A DNA stretch of 64,000 nucleotides from the NCBI GenBank assembly GCA_000182565.2, contig KQ257450.1, one strand, 5' to 3'. This DNA comes from Spizellomyces punctatus DAOM BR117 (taxonomy: Eukaryota). How positions within the stretch are numbered: position 1 is the first letter of the stretch; every line of letters starts with the position of its first letter. Below, piece after piece: positions 20,923 to 32,100 of this stretch. The notes beneath the pieces are model-generated. The model ran no database searches and was not told the DNA's origin. It was given only the letters and a program-made list of their open reading frames with translations. Both the position numbers and the translations under genes were made by a program.

Positions 20923-23063
20923 ATGGAGTCGCAGCAGGAGAAGGCTTCAAGGGAGTCTAGACTCCTCAAGCAGAAAGTTGACGCACTCGAGAAGGTTAGT
21001 GCCCGAGAGCAACTTGAAAAGTGAACTGAAAAGGTTGCCAGCGTATTCCAATCCATACATACTTGTCAATTAAATAGGAGAATATGGCATTGAAAAAGTC
21101 TTTATATGAGCTCTCAACTCGCTTCAATCTCATGGCACCCAAAATATCACCATTTTCGCTCGACTCGTTGGAAGGATTTGACGCTCCGTTCACCTCCGTA
21201 AGCGACGCCGTCAAACCTGCTGCTGAAGATCAGGATGTCTTTGGTACACTCCATGCGAAAACTATGTTTATGGCCTCCCCCGCAATTCTAAACTTCGCGA
21301 TCACTAATAGCCGGGGTGTCCCGCGAGGCTCACAAGGACGGAAAACAGTTCTATCTCAAACATGAATTAAAGGTTTGCATAACTCGGTTATTGACTGCTG
21401 GATTTTCGCATCTGCTAAATCCACGAAGGGACACGCGGGGGCCGTCTACGCAGTCCAATTCTCTCCTTGCGGGAAGCTCTTGGCTTCGGGGTCATTTGAT
21501 AAAACTGTGAGGATTTGGGATGCTGTAGCGACGCAAAAGGAGGTAAATGTCCTCGTGATGTTTTAGGGCCTTGATATTTTGCGACCTTGCTGACAGATAA
21601 TCAGATCCACTGCCTGAAGAACCATTCCTTGAATATATCGGATCTATCGTGGTCAAGAGACTCTACTGAGCTGCTTTCAGGAGGATATGACCAAACTTGC
21701 AAAGTTTGGGATGTAGAAAGCGGCAAATTAGAGGCCTCATATGCGACCGAAGGCTTTGTACAGTGCGTCATGTTCAATCCGCAAGGTTTGTTGTGAGTTG
21801 ACCAATGAACGGCAACGAACTGTTCTGATGGACTATCCCCTATTTGAATGAACAGATCGCAACATCTTCTTCAGTGGGACATCAAGGAACACTCTGTGTA
21901 TGATCGATCGGCGACAACCCGATGCCGGTCTTATCTTCCGAAACGAGGCTATGGTGAACACATTGTATGCGTACCTTCTTTCACAATGGGTCGGCATTTG
22001 TCTCATCACCTCATTGTTGTTTTTGCAGATATGTGTACAGGGATGGGACGAGCGTTCTGTCAGGTGATGCTGCTGGCTATCTCAAAACCTGGGACGTGCG
22101 AACAGGTGCGATGGCGCAGGCCAATGAGCCCACTATGCATGTACACAAACACTAAATCCCGAAACTTTTGTCATATCAATCTTGTTTTAGGAAAATGCAT
22201 CTCTTCTTATTTGAACGAACCCACGAAGAAGCCCATTTCCCACGTCACCGTCTGCTACAGCGATAGAGGTATGCCCGAAATTTGGCTCTCTTATATTGTC
22301 AGATTATAACTCGTTTCCATTCCCGAAATGATAGATGAAGAGCCTCGATATATGACCGTCAATAGCTACGATAACGGTATATATTTCTCGTTTGTCCTCT
22401 ACCTGTGTTCTCAATTCTAACTCTCTCTGGTAGTCATGAGGGTCTATGACCGTGGATTCTCTCCTCCGCATAGCGAGCAACGTCTGATTCATGCCTTGAA
22501 GGGGTATAAAAACAAAAATTGGCCCATCAAGAGCTCTTTTTACCAACTCAGAGAAGGTATAACGCTTAGTCTTTACTTGCAACCCATGAAATGGGCAATT
22601 GAATTGTTTATCAGTAAAACAAGGTTTAAAAAGAGGAGGCAGTCAGGATGAGATTTACAGCAAAGGAGAGCTTCCCACAAATTCGACGGACAATATTAGG
22701 TGAGGAGAGTCGTCATTTGTTTTGATAATGTGTGACATACTGACGTGGCAAAATAGCCAAGAGAAGGACAGATCAGGAGAATCTACTATGCTACTTGCCA
22801 CGGGCAGCGCGGATCCGTTTGTTTATGTATATAGTGTCGGGGGCACAGAGGTGAGCCTTCCTGTATGGTCCAACAACAAAAGACCTGGACAGCTTACCAC
22901 ATCCTCATTACAGGGAACGGGGGAACTTGTGCAGCGATTAGAGGGACATACAGATCGGGTGTATGCTGTGAACTTTCACCCGGTTGAGCCAATTCTTTGC
23001 TCTTGCTCAGCAGACTTTACGCTGAAGATATGGTATTCAAACGGGAAAAAAAAGAAAGCGTGA
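20923..23063 (+). CDS. WD40-repeat protein with an N-terminal coiled coil, distantly WDR5-like, multi-exon
   Basis: MESQQEKASRESRLLKQKVDALEKENMALKKSLYELS is followed by WD blades GHAGAVYAVQFSPCGKLLASGSFDKTVRIWD, HSLNISDLSWSRDSTELLSGGYDQTCKVWD and GHTDRVYAVNFHPVEPILCSCSADFTLKIW. The protein ends with basic KKKKA. Confidence 0.8.
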
Positions 23064-23322
23064 CACATAAGACACCCCTGGTTTGCGTTATCAGCCTGTC
23101 GCTGCAGCGGCGACTGTTTTGATTTATCCGTCAGGCACTCCAAGAGCCTGGCACTGTGTCTTGGAATCTTGGCACCCTTTCGCACAGCGATGGCAACAAA
23201 GGGCCAAGTCGATGTGCTTCTTAGTACTCAGTCCCATATACAGCTCCTCCAAGCGCAGTATGATGGATCATTTAACCCCACGTACAACTAACTTATATAG
23301 AAACTATACACATAGGACTTGT

Positions 23323-24347
23323 TCAAAAAGTATCATCCTCTTGCTCCCCTTCAACACCACCCTCCGGAATCTCAAACCCCTCTTCAGTCTACAATGAAAC
23401 ACCCATCAGCTGTCGAAGAGCTTCATCGCGTTCGCTCTGAGAGCTTACCTTATACATAATACCCGAAATGTAGTTCAAAATCGATTCTGTCTCTGGCCCT
23501 GGATGGCTTTCCAGTTGTTGTTGGACGTAGATTTCGATCTCTCTCAATTTTGAAAAGTAAAATTCTCGCTCTTTCTCAACTTGCTCAACGGTAACCTTCG
23601 CCTCCATAATCTGTTGCTGCATCTCTTGCAGTGCCTTTTGGTATTCGGCCTCGATCTCTGCTGTTCGGTCACGGCCCGCCCCAACAGCGGGACTTCGTGC
23701 ACCGCCACGTGTGACGGTTCTTGCAGCCTTGCTCGCAGGTGCACCGACTGATGAATTTGAAAGTGACTTTTTAATACCAGCAGAAGGTGTGCCGGCCGGT
23801 CCCTTAGCCATAGAGCCATTCCTCATCGAAACATCAGCTGGCTTTCCACCTCGTCTGCCAACCGCGTCATACGGGCCACCAGGGTAATATTGGTCCCAGA
23901 ATCTGGAATGAAGTTGATGAGCTTTGTAAATACAAGAAGACTTATTTGACCTAAATTGTGTACATACTTTTTCATCCATTGGAGGAATTCCAAGTTATCC
24001 TGAAACCTGCACTTGATAAGACGTTCCACGGGAATAGCATTGTCTATCTTGTGCTTGTCAAAAACGGTTTGTAGAATTTTGAAATTCGCAACATATTCGT
24101 ATTCATGCTTCGCTTGGAATTTAACTTTACTCAAAGGCACCTGTAGAAGAGGAAAAATGTCTGAATATGTAATACTGCAGCGTGTCGCAGCGTGATTCAC
24201 AGGCATGTTCCCGTTACGCACGTTTTGATAGATCGAGTCCATAATCTGACAGTGTGCCGCTCCAGTGCCACACTGCTCAATTTTCGTATAGCCCAGCTGG
24301 AGCAGATCGTTTAACCAGGCCAAAAGCTCTGTACGTGATTCGCCCAT
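23323..24347 (-). CDS. BIM1: Microtubule plus-end tracking protein EB1/Bim1/Mal3, 4 exons
   Basis: CH domain MGESRTELLAWLNDLLQLGYTKIEQCGTGAAHCQIMDSIY...RFQDNLEFLQWMKKFWD, EBH domain VEKEREFYFSKLREIE and acidic tail TEEGFEIP...EDDTF. Confidence 0.96.
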
Positions 24348-24714
24348 TGTGTTGCTTTCTCAAAAGTTGACTGCAAGTGCGGGACACGGTGTTAATGGAT
24401 GCTGCTGGCGCCCGTCAGATAAACTAAATCACCAGCGCAAAAACTATTCGCGATATCTCCTTTTGCAGAAAACCTACCGTAAGCTCGCGTCAAGTCAAAG
24501 CAATGTAAAAGATTTGGGCAGAAGGAAGGCGATGGCGCGACGAGGGGAAACAGCGTGAGGGTTCGTTGGGATTTCTCGCATTCGTCCGAATGTTGGCGTA
24601 TCGGACTCGACACGTGATCTCAGAGCTATGACTCATTGTTTCGACAGTTGGGGTCGCAGCTTTGGTGCTGTCGAAGCAGCCGCCGGACGAGGGAGATCAG
24701 TCTTGAAGAAACCC

Positions 24715-27019
24715 ATGTCGTCGTCAAGTCCCTCTGACCCATACGCGCAAGGTGCGACTGATCCCCATGATTACGACCCGGATGAGAGACGGTCATCTGC
24801 CGTGGACGACGCTTTTGAGGAGGAAGACCTGGAAACGGCCGAGGAGAGAATAGAAAGGGAAAATGCCCCCTCTGCAGTGGATTACTATGCAGTGCTAAAT
24901 GTTGAGCGCACTGCAACTGAGGAAGACATTAAGAACTCATATCGGCGCCTATGTCTCACGTTTCACCCCGACAAACATCACCGCCCGGAAGATAAAGCAA
25001 CGGCAGAGTCCCGCTTTGAAAAGATACAGAAAGCCCACGATGTACTCAGCGATCCAGTAAAACGCCACATTTACGACACTTATGGACCAGATGCTGCAGA
25101 AATGTCTTGGGAGGTTGGTGCAAGGGGTCAATCACGGGAAGAAATACGTGCAGAATTTGAACGCCAAAGTCGACAGCGACAAGAGATCGCAGCGGAAACC
25201 TTGGTCAAATCAAAAGGAGAGATTCTTTTGAGTCTTGACGCCTCTCCAATCTTTGATGCGGATGTATGGAGGAGCAGACATCGTCGGAGATTACCGCTGG
25301 GTAGATTCGAGCCTGTGAATACTCAATCTCGAGGTTTGGCGGACGTGCTTCAATGGCCTGAGGTGACGCAAGCCTTTGTTAAGCACTCATGGGAGGTGTG
25401 TTTGTCTACGTTGAGAAGATAGCACATTTGAGCAAGATCTCACGCGACTCTGTTAGACCCAAATAACTCAACAGAGTACACTCATCGTTAATGGGGACGT
25501 GATGGCTAGAAACGGAATCGGAGTTGGGAATGTAACTGGAACTTTGCGGCATATCATCTCGCCATTAATGTGGGGCGAGGTACGTTGATTCAATATGATC
25601 CTTTGCTAGTCTATCATGCTAAAATCATTGACAGGTATCAGGCACAATAGGGCAAAGCCCGATGATGCAGGGCAAGCTAGTCAAAAATTTCTCTTCCGAT
25701 AGGTACCACACACGGTTTTGTTGCTGGGAAACAGTATTTTCTATCCCAAAAAGTACTGAACTCTTCCTAAACTAGCTTCGCCACTATAACAGCAACAAGC
25801 CAGACGATATCTGGTCCGCCAACATTAGTCGGTGTTCTCGGACGGCGAATTACCACAAAAACGACGGGCTACCTCACGTACCGTACGGGTGAATGGCAAC
25901 TTGGTCCTTGGGGCGCTGATCAAGATTTCCGCGAACGGAGTGCTTGTTCACTAGGAGTGATGCGGCAAGTAGAGCGTGGGCAGTGGAATGTAGATGTACA
26001 GGTTGGAGTGGCGCACTCGCACATCAGCCTGAGCTATTTCAAGGTGCTTCCTCGGAGCATTCGCGGCCGATTTTCACTTACGCTCTCAACACTGCTCGGC
26101 GCCCAGGCATCTGTTGCCGGTGATAAAAAGATTACAAAGTATAGTCGTATCGGGCTCGGGGTCGATTGCGTGAGTATGGGTGGAGTAACATTCCGCCTGA
26201 AACTTGCTCGGCTCGGTCAGAAATTTGTGCTCCCTATCATGCTTTCTCCACAGTTCGACATGAAGCTTGCGTTTTGGGCTGCCGTCCTACCCGTGTGCGT
26301 ATCAGTGGCATTGGACAAATTTTATTTCAGTCCACGTCGAAAGCACAGGCTCGCTCAAAAGCTCTCCCAAGTACGTGCTGCAAATGCCGAAATTCTCGCG
26401 CAACGAAAAAAAGAGGCAGACGATGCAGTTAGAATCATGAAGGATTCGGTTTTGAGGAAAGTGGAAGCGGAAGAGAGTCGTAATGGGTTGATCATTGTGG
26501 AGGCGTTGTACGGAAAGCTGCCACCGTCCGATCTGGCGCCTATACGAGCGTTGTCAATGCAGGGCATCAAGGATATTTTTGAAAATCTTGGGCCGATAAG
26601 CGAAGAGGGCGCGAGCGGAAATGATGCCCACCTCGAGTACATCGACGTGACAATGGCTGTGCAGTCACTCGTCAACAACTCGCAACTCCATGTCAGTGGA
26701 GGCCATTCCAAGGTAATATCAATACATGACCTTTGCTGACAACTGAACCGACTTGCTAAAGACTTTGTTACAATCGAGCAGGTTAACATCATTGGGTTTT
26801 ATGATCCCTGCCTGGGGGAGCAAAAGCGGCTACGGATTACATACAAGTTTCAAGGCAAATTGCACCAAGTTGAAGTAGATGACCAAGCTGCCGTCGCAGC
26901 GCCCCTGAGAGGTGATTTTGCCTTGCTCGTTTATTCCGTAAGAATTGCTGTCTCATTCTGCTTGTCCTGTAGCTCACCTTGTTCCTGATCGGCCAAACTC
27001 CCGTGCCACTGCGATTTAG
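24715..27019 (+). CDS. DNAJC11: DnaJ homolog subfamily C member 11 (J domain plus DUF3395), multi-exon
   Basis: The J domain reads DYYAVLNV...FHPDKH...VLSDPVKRHIYDTYG and is followed by SREEIRAEFER. The C-terminal region includes RLGQKFVLPIML, GLIIVEALYG, IDVTMAVQSLV, IGFYDPCLGEQKRLRITYKFQGKLHQVEVDD. Confidence 0.92.
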
Positions 27020-27750
27020 CAGATCCGTTGGAATTGTACATTGAAGGCCGAGCTATCATTTTTAAATTTCACTTGCATCATCCCTGTATAGTAAAGAGGC
27101 TGCGCATACAATGAAACATAGATCATAGAATGCGGTTCTTAAGACTAGGATGACGAGGCGGGTGTTGCATCAACATGTGGTGTAAATCAGCGACAAATCT
27201 TGGCAAATGCATCTCACATTTGCCAGTTGACAGTCGCCCCACAAATCCTCCTTCATGTTACCGACGCATCATCATTTTTTATCCTTGCAACTTTTGGCAT
27301 TTCCATTACAGAAAGAGTCTCAGAATATCCAAGCTACTTCATGCACATTGTGGATGAACTCGTCGGCCCACATGCATCCCTATGCCCGCGTCCCCACTCC
27401 TCCGTCGGCCCAAATGCGCCCAGTCTCCAACATCGCACGCCCGCATCCGATTCCTTGGCACCAAGACATCGCCCCCGCGAGCACCTGAACCTTTCGGGCC
27501 ATGATGGCCCCTCGGGCCATCTTGGCTACCTCTGTCGTCCCTACCACCCCGTGCGATTCACTTCGATCGACGCCGTCGTTCCGAATTTCCCGTGGTACGC
27601 ACTTGGCCGGACTCTTTCATCTCTCCATGAGCATCCGACCCCGTCGTGCGATCTACCTCATGCGACCGAACTCTCTGCTGTCTTTCTATCGATGATTGGT
27701 CAGTGTGCGAGATTGTTTTGTAAAACATCAAGGAGTACCAAGCACCTGGA

Positions 27751-28983
27751 TTACGTCATGAACCTGAACGTATAGCCGTATTTCTTGTGCGTATATCTAC
27801 CCAGTAACAACTCTACGTTCTTGAGCAGCATGTGATCGTGCACCTGTTTGTTGGCAATTTCCATGTACGGCATCACGTACTCCGTAATGGGATTCTCAGC
27901 TGGGTTGTACTCCCCAGTGACTGGCCTAAGTCTGACGCATAGTTCCAGCAAAGGTATCGACTCTTCGGCAAGTTCGTCTATGTTCTCACATCCTTTCCTG
28001 TGCATGTCCCGCAACCTGGCTGACCGCGTAGGTGACCTCGCCAGAACTACGTCCTCTGCCGTCAGTAGGGTCACATCTCTCATGCACATGCAACCCTCGC
28101 ACGCCACAACTTCTGCGCCCCCTCGCACGCCGCGTGATGGAGTGGTTCTATCCAGGGAGGCCAACCACCAAGGAGACTTGGACTCCAGCATGTATTTGTC
28201 TCTGCGATACAGGTACCACGCCCTGCTTATGGTATCTGCGAAGAACTTCACCATTGTCCCCTCATCTTTCAGGGACACCCAAGCAAACCCGTATCCTTCT
28301 GTGTCATCTAGGTTTGGGTGCTCCACTACCGCTATGGATAACATCGAAGCCAGGCTCGAGTGGTATCCGTTGCATATTCCCAGTCTGTCTCCGAGAATCG
28401 TATCTTCCCTGGCCAGCGACGTGGGCCCCATCCCATCTGGATGGCAGATGACCTGTATTCGGTATCCGTTTCGGTGAGAGTCGTCTGGCAAGTAGAGGTT
28501 TATGTGGTGACCAGGCATACAGACTTGTTTTAGCAAGATCAATGCATATGGTAGGCAGGTGGTATATGTGAACGATATGCATTCGTCGCGTGTCCCGGCC
28601 TTGGCGTAGGCGATGGTGGGAGTCTTAACGGCATGTAAGGAACTCGCATTCAGATCCCTCAGGCGTGTCGCTCTACCCCACTCCAGCATGCCAGCCAGGT
28701 CGGGTGACTCATAGGATCTTACGTTGTCATCGGGATCTTCCACCTTCAGAATGACATACCAATCTCGACGCAGTGGAGACCCGTCGGCACCACGGTGGTG
28801 AGCGTAGTCGCATTCGTCGGGACACGACCTCTTCGACTCGACAATCGAATCGCTCAAGATCCTCATGATCAGTCGACCACGCCTCCGTGCGTCACGGGGA
28901 TCGTACACGGATTCGCCATCCCGCAGTAGTTCTTCATCATGTGGTAGATCGTCGCGGTAGTGGGGCTCTATTATCACGTACAT
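27751..28983 (-). CDS. Intronless orphan ORF, 410 aa, unknown function
   Basis: An uninterrupted 1233-nt ORF from ATG to TAA with globular-looking composition and Cys/His clusters (CPDECDYAHH, CEGCMC). I recognise no family. Confidence 0.7.
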   Translation of the reverse strand: MYVIIEPHYRDDLPHDEELLRDGESVYDPRDARRRGRLIMRILSDSIVESKRSCPDECDYAHHRGADGSPLRRDWYVILKVEDPDDNVRSYESPDLAGMLEWGRATRLRDLNASSLHAVKTPTIAYAKAGTRDECISFTYTTCLPYALILLKQVCMPGHHINLYLPDDSHRNGYRIQVICHPDGMGPTSLAREDTILGDRLGICNGYHSSLASMLSIAVVEHPNLDDTEGYGFAWVSLKDEGTMVKFFADTISRAWYLYRRDKYMLESKSPWWLASLDRTTPSRGVRGGAEVVACEGCMCMRDVTLLTAEDVVLARSPTRSARLRDMHRKGCENIDELAEESIPLLELCVRLRPVTGEYNPAENPITEYVMPYMEIANKQVHDHMLLKNVELLLGRYTHKKYGYTFRFMT

Positions 28984-29079
28984 ACTTCGTTCAGCAATGC
29001 TTCATCCGCATCTGCACGTCCACTCAAGCATCCACAGTATGTTCTATCTCCGAGCGTCGATTCCAACTGCTAAGTGTCG

Positions 29080-29106
29080 TTACGTAAGCTTAGGACGCGT
29101 ACGCGT
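29080..29106. promoter_or_regulatory. Palindrome cluster: TTACGTAA plus tandem MCB-type boxes ACGCGTACGCGT
   Basis: TTACGTAA is at 29080-29087, and ACGCGT is at 29095-29100 and 29101-29106, in the 176-bp divergent spacer between the orphan ORF and the permease gene. Confidence 0.5.
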
Positions 29107-29159
29107 AACATCTGGGCGGAACTGGCATAGCAAACGGTAATGGTGTTCACCGCAGTGCC

Positions 29160-32100
29160 ATGGCAAAGACCAGTTCAGTAAGGCGGACCTTACTGCCCCG
29201 GCTATGGTGGCAATTAGGCAGCATCCGGCTTGTTGCCGAGTATGTCATTGGAGAAACCGCCAAGAGGAAGCGCTCATTCTCGATCGGCTTGTTAACAGTG
29301 TTTTTAACGGTTGCCTTCTTGAGGTACATCAGAAAAGACGAGGACGTCGTCAGCTGCGTATCTAGTACCTAATGTTCTGCCATTAGCTTAATTCAGAATA
29401 TTATTGATCGTGCATCTGTCATATTTATCAAATTTTCCGAAGATTCGGTTAGTGCTTGATGTCGCTTAAAAGATGTAAACCTCGTAACCATAGCTAATGT
29501 CGAATAGGCAGGACAATGGGACTTGGTGAGGCAGAGCTGATATAGCTTTGAAGTTCATTATGATGTCGACCTAAACATCTGTAGCGAATGCCCTGTAGCT
29601 CCTCTCACCCACCTTGAGCAGTGGTTCACCGTCCATACTGCTCAATTACACAGTTATAAACACATCCTTAAGCTCAGCACCGCATGTTGCAGGTGCAGCG
29701 CCACGCTGGATACTTCCAGGCAGTCTTCGTAAAGCGAATCAACCGGACAATCCAGTATATGTGATGGCCTTCGACTATGCACTGGAAAAGGTTTGTTTGT
29801 TTGACGATTGGTCTGGCCGTCAGCATGAGTATCTAAGATCTTCGCTAAATATTATGATGGAATTATTGCTGGAAATAGGAAATAGGGCTTGGTTCGTCAT
29901 GGCCGTACCGCGATCTTAAAGAAGGAGAGATCTCTGTCACTGCATCTTTATTGCAGAAAATGAGAGTAAAACCAAATTCAGGTGAACGAATGAATTTGAC
30001 CGTATCTCTGGCGGATGTTGTAAAGGTGAGGGAGTTTTCTGATCTTTCGAGATACTCATAGCTAACATGTGACAAGTCGTTGTCTGGCGTCAGTTCCAGC
30101 AGCTCGTCGACGAATAGTGGAACGTCTCAGACAGATGTCAATAATGGTACCGCATCAACAAATCCCTCCTCCACCAGCGGTAGCAATCCGTTTGCAGGGT
30201 TTATACCGGCATCGGGATTCATTGTGTCAAACACTACCCTCTCACTATTGCCACCTTCTCAACAGAGTTCTATTTCGAATTCGTTTCCTAAAGGTGAGAA
30301 CCGCTTGCTCGAATATATGACGGACTGTTCTTATAACGATCTCTTTTTAGATTCAAATGGGAATGTAAATGTCACGTCCGATCAAGCATGGGCAATTGTA
30401 ACGGCCGCATTGACCAATTTCACACAGGAGTTTACAGGTGAGATGTCGATCTTATAACATATACAATGAGGGTCTCCATGCTGAATTTACCGAGATATAG
30501 TTGTGGATGCAATCAAAGCCCCTCATGGGAAGTATCCAAGTGCAATGGGAAATGTAGCGATAATGGGCCTCGAGGCAGTGGAGAAGATGATCAATGATTT
30601 TATCAGCGGCAGTCAAATGACTAGCAGCAACCCTGATAGCCAAGTAGCTGGACTGCTTTTGGGCTCTTTAGTTGCTCAAGGGAATGCCGTATCGTTCCAA
30701 AACATGACCGTAAAGTTGCGGGTACGTATCTAGTTTACCGCCCTCATGGCCGTTTAGAATGCATAAATGATTCATTCACTGAATGAACTAGGAGCATGTA
30801 ACCTCGGTGATTGCAGTCATGAAAGATCGCATGGCGACCTACTCGAAACAAGATCAGTCGCGGAAATCCGATGTTGTAAGGTTCTCCAATGAAGTTGCGA
30901 CTAATATCGGTCTGGGAGCGCCGGTCGACTATACAGCAGTACTCTTGACAGCCTTGGAAGCCACTAGTTTTATGCAAATTTTCCTCGGAGAAGTAAGTCT
31001 GAACAGGGATGAAAGTATAGCTAAGTATAATCCTAACCCTAACCCTGATCCAAGGTGCTCTTAACGGTCATCATCGTCCTTCTGGCTTTAGCAATCCTAT
31101 TGATTTTTTCACTGCTTCTAACGGATGTGGAGGATAAGACATTTGAGTACGGGATGCTTCGGAGCCTTGGAATGCGTCAACGCAACTTGATCAATCTGCT
31201 ATTTTTTCAGGTATGAGGACCGCTTCGGTCTCGTTTTGACGCTATCCACCTTCCCCCTCCTTAACGTTTCTCAACGCAGTCTTTGTATTTTTCGGTGCCG
31301 GCCATTCTGATTGGGCTTCTCGTGAGCTATGTCGCCTTTATTCCGATATCGTACGGGTTATCCCAATTCGCCAACATCCCGCTAGATGCATCTTTGAGTA
31401 CCGCGTCCATCTCGTTGGGAGTTTGCGCTGGCATTTTGTTACCCTTATTGGGAATGATTCTGCCCACTCGCCGGGCACTGGGGAAGACGCTCCGAGACGC
31501 CCTGGACGTCTTCCGCACCTCTATCAATGATGTGTCCGTCAGGGTTGAGAAACTGGAAAAATTGGGATTGTCGCCGATCGAGATGATAATCGCATTGGTG
31601 TTGATTGTCGTTGGCTTTCTCGTGTACTATATCGTGCCTCTTAGCTTCGTCTTCCAAGATTTGCAAATATTCTTTCGCATCATGACTATTATATTACTGG
31701 GTAAGTTGGGACTCCGTCTTCGCGAGATCAGAGTGGAACGCTAATGCTTGTAATCTAGGCATGTTGCTTGGAGCCATTTTGCTAGGGCAAGTTCTGCAGC
31801 ATTGGTTTGAAGTTACCCTTGCGCATGTGATCGTTCGAGGAGTCGATAAAGCCTTGGTTCACATTGTTTGCAAGAATTTGGCGGCCCACAGGCGACGGAA
31901 CAATAAGACCACGTTGATCTTCACGTTGTGCTTGGCATATATCGTGTTTGCATCGACGATGTTTACCCTACAAGCAACCTCATTGAGAGAGCTGGTCGAG
32001 TGGCAATATGGGGCTGATATCTTGGTGACGGCTCCCGAGTGGTCAACTCCCTTACCAGAACAGAGTTTGAGACGCTATCTGGATGATGCCGTCTCTGGAG

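Noticed and set aside
24611-24618. CACGTGAT E-box between EB1 and DNAJC11
   Set aside because: It is a single short motif with no independent support.
27848-28477. 209-aa + strand ORF overlapping the orphan ORF
   Set aside because: It starts at TTG, is Ser-rich and mirrors the 410-aa ORF codon for codon, so it is most simply an antisense shadow.
31032-31046. Telomere-like CCTAACCCTAACCCT in a permease intron
   Set aside because: It has only about 2.5 units and coincides with the CTAAC branch-point position, so it is not an interstitial telomere array.
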